Source of the DNA: Anolis carolinensis
Lineage: Eukaryota
Assembly: GCF_035594765.1 (NCBI RefSeq)
Contig: NC_085842.1
Span: 30,046,782 to 30,110,781, forward strand
DNA length: 64,000 bases
Direction: 5' to 3'
Shown here: piece after piece, positions 61,030 to 64,000 of the stretch
Layout of the letters: each line of letters opens with the position of its first letter
Position numbering within the stretch: the first letter of the stretch is position 1
Made by a program: the position numbers and the translations under genes
The notes under the pieces: model-generated
Seen by the model: the letters and a program-made list of their open reading frames with translations, nothing else
The model's database searches: none
What the model was told of the DNA's origin: nothing

Positions 61030-63374
61030 ATATCCACATCATCGTCTCCTTCAGTCTCACAACCTCCACAGGTATGTCTCTGCAACAGATTGGATCTTAG
61101 AACCTATCAATAACCAGGTGTTCTTCTTCCCCCTATGGGAATCCCCTCTTCCTGTCTGTGAGGTCAGGGAAACCTCCAGTCAAGTTCTATGTGGATCCTA
61201 GCTGACCCGTTTCTCAGTCAAACAGGAGGAGGCATGAGAAATCTGAATAGCTGTCAGAAGTGTATAAAATGTTTTGTATTTTTCTATAGAGTTATGCTTG
61301 TACATTTTGAGTGTTGGCCAGTGCTTCCATCCTTTTTGGCCAAACTGTAACAAACCTTTGTAGTTTGCCTTCAACTCAGAGTGTTTGTTTTCTGTCCTGG
61401 CTGATTTGGTTTAGCAGAAGCTCACTGGGCATCAACCTTCTTATTCATGGTCCTAGCTGAAATCTCTTCATTTCCCACTTCTGTACTAAGTGACATAATT
61501 TTTTTAAAAATGTCACCTGCCACAAACATCTATGAACATTGAGAACAAGGAAGATATAAAAGCTTTAAGCCTCTGTTTTAGAGACCAAAATTCTGTGTTA
61601 AAGGTGGAACTGTCTCCGTCCTGGGTGAAGCTGGTTAGTTCCTTTTTCATTAAACAAAACCCAGAGAAAAGCTACAACAAAAAAGCATGCTTCCTGCTTC
61701 CTAGTTTTTTTCTTCTTTTTATTAAATGCAAAATAATATTTTGTAATGATTAAAAATTGTCAACAGGTCAGTAACGATTGCTGGGGCAGACTTTGAACAC
61801 TATATAACATATATTGCAAAATAACTTGGAGTCCTGTACACAAATGGAGACCTTGGTGAGATAAATGTGTACGTAAACACCCACACACCACCATGCCTGT
61901 AGATAATTTGAAGAGTCCACACATGAGAAGACATGTGACTTAGGGTGCACCTACATAATAGAATTAATGCAGTTTAACACCACTTTAACTGCCATGACTC
62001 AGTGGAATCCTGGAATCTGTAGATTGGAATGGGACCAGCATTCTTTAGCAGAGAAGGCTAAAGACCGTGTAAAATTACAACTCTCATAGCATGGAGTCGT
62101 GGCAGTTCAGGTGGCATCAAATTGTAATAATTCTAAAGTCTGGATGCATGCTGAGCCACATTATCTCACCATTATCAGTTGCTGGCTTCTGTGGGCCCTT
62201 CCCTGGCCATATAACCCAGAATATCAAGGCAGAACATCCCACAATATCTGCTTTGAACTGGGTTAGCTAAGTCCACACTGCCATATATTCCAGTTCAAAG
62301 CAGATAATGTGGGGTTTTATTCAGCTGTGTGGAAGGGGCTTATGTCAGTCAGGTAAGGAACCTCATTGGGTTTTAATTTATACTTCCAAAGAGTTTTCAT
62401 GGGCCTGAACCTACTGTTAGTCTGGAAATTAGCCCACAAAACCTGGGACAACGTATCTATGGGTCAGCATTAATTTTTTTTTTAAGTAGCCATCCCCTTT
62501 TTGAGTAGAATGACAAAAGCAAGAAATTAGTCCACTCAGCATGTGCCTGGCTGCATTGCCTCTCGACCCGGTCCTCAGAATCCAGCCCCAAGACAAAAAA
62601 AGTTTGCCCAGGCCTGCCAAAGAGTGTAGATGCAAAGACTCTTCTGGCCATCCAGAAGTAGTGTTACATTTGTATTAAAACTTAATGCCCCCTTTCAAAG
62701 GAAAAAGAGACCACTTCTTAACTTTGATAACTACAGCTCTATTCCAGCTCGCCCTTTCTTCCTGACCCCACAAAAATGTGGGTTTCAAATGGGGTTTAAA
62801 AAATCCTGGGTCCCCACACAGACCTGCTGTTCTCACAGGCTTCTTCTGTATTGGAAGAAGTAGGAGGGCACCGGGGGACATCCGGCAGAAGGTTTTGTAA
62901 TCAGTTATGCACTGGACTGTATATGGAGTTATGCGCACATGCGAATGTCTGAGTATAAATATAAGCAGATTCACAGGTGTGCATATGAGGTTCAGCACAT
63001 AACAGAGTGGTTTCCACCAATTTCTCCCTTCCCTCAATTGTTTATTCAAGCTCTCTTTAATAATATAAAGTTTAAAATAAAGAGTTTCAGAGTTTGAATT
63101 ACTCCCCATTCATGTTTCTTTTAAATCAGTTGTGTGTCCGCTACACAGCCCAATCAGCTGACAAGCTGTTTCAGGCTTTTAAAAAGTGAACGTGTGCTAG
63201 CGCAGTCTCAAATGGGGTGGGAAGAAAATCATGTGTTTTTCGCAAGTGCAGGGATATATAGTGATGCGATACAGTGATTCCATTTTCCAGATGTTTTTTG
63301 TCTGTTGCAGTGAATCAGCACAGATTTACAGGTACCATTATGTAGCCATGATGCTGTGTTTTAGGTGCTGTGTA

Positions 63375-63695
63375 CAGTAGTCTCACTTATCCAACACTCA
63401 CTTATCCAATGTTTTGGATTATCCAATGCATTTTTGTAGTCAATGTTTTCAATACATTGTGATATTTTGGTGCTAAATTTCTAAATACAGTAATTACAAC
63501 ATAACATTACTGCGTATTGAAGTACTTTTTCTGTCAATTTTGTTGTATAACATGATGTTTTGATGCTTAATTTGTAAAATCATAACCTATTTTGATGTTT
63601 AATAGGCTTTTCCTTAATCCCTCCTTATTATCCAACATATTCGCTTATCCAACATTCTGCCGGCCTGTTTATGTTGAATACGTTAGACTCTACTG
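63375..63695. mobile_element. Tc1/mariner-type MITE inserted in type-B promoter block
   Basis: Same family as 866; TA flanks; empty site visible in paralogous block at ~31008. Confidence 0.85.
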
Positions 63696-63799
63696 TAGGC
63701 CCTGAGTCTTGTTTTTATGCTGTTCAGGGATACTCTGGCTGAAATGTGGGGAAAGTTAAGTAACTGTTGTACTGTTTTCCTCGAACTACCTCTCACACA

Positions 63800-64000
63800 A
63801 TGTCCTCTTACCCAAGCTTCCACAAAGCAGGCTGAGACCAAATGGTCATTGCCCTTTGTAAACATACATGTAGGAGCTGCCTTCTCCCTGGGTGATATTT
63901 GCAAGATTTAAAAAGCACAGCTGAAGCCTCTCCATCCAACTGTTCTATTTGGATTGAGCTACAGGGGACAGCAAGGACTAGCAAGATAATCAAACCCTCG
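63800..64000 (+). promoter_or_regulatory. Putative promoter/exon 1 (type B) of a fifth paralog beyond the right edge
   Basis: Homologous to 31140-31320; window ends a few nt before the expected GAG|gtgagt donor. Confidence 0.6.

Overview
This is repeat-rich vertebrate genomic DNA. Sauria-type SINEs, CR1, L2, RTE/BovB-like and Vingi-like LINEs, hAT/Tc1/Harbinger-type MITEs and Helitron-like elements point to a squamate, plausibly an Anolis lizard (inference). The main content is a + strand tandem array of four secreted cholinesterase-like genes (type-B carboxylesterase, alpha/beta-hydrolase). Their architecture is BCHE-like: a probable non-coding exon 1, one ~1.5 kb coding exon ending FAR[TS]G (phase 2), a 146-164 bp exon 3 (phase 1) and a short terminal exon. 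The promoter/first exon of a probable fifth copy lies at the right edge. Copies 1, 3 and 4 keep the Ser-Glu-His triad but have remodelled choline-binding and acyl-pocket residues. Copy 2 has an intact ORF but has lost the nucleophile Ser, the catalytic His and an oxyanion-hole Gly, so it is a candidate pseudoenzyme. None of the copies has the WAT tetramerisation tail, and their C-termini have diverged through exon loss or read-through and TE insertion. At the left edge are two exons of a Ly6/uPAR (three-finger/LU-domain) secreted protein gene on the - strand, head-to-head with the cholinesterase array; the ORF track does not resolve this gene. Gene models were derived by eye from splice signals and paralog comparison; TE family names are by recognition and need RepeatMasker/Dfam confirmation.
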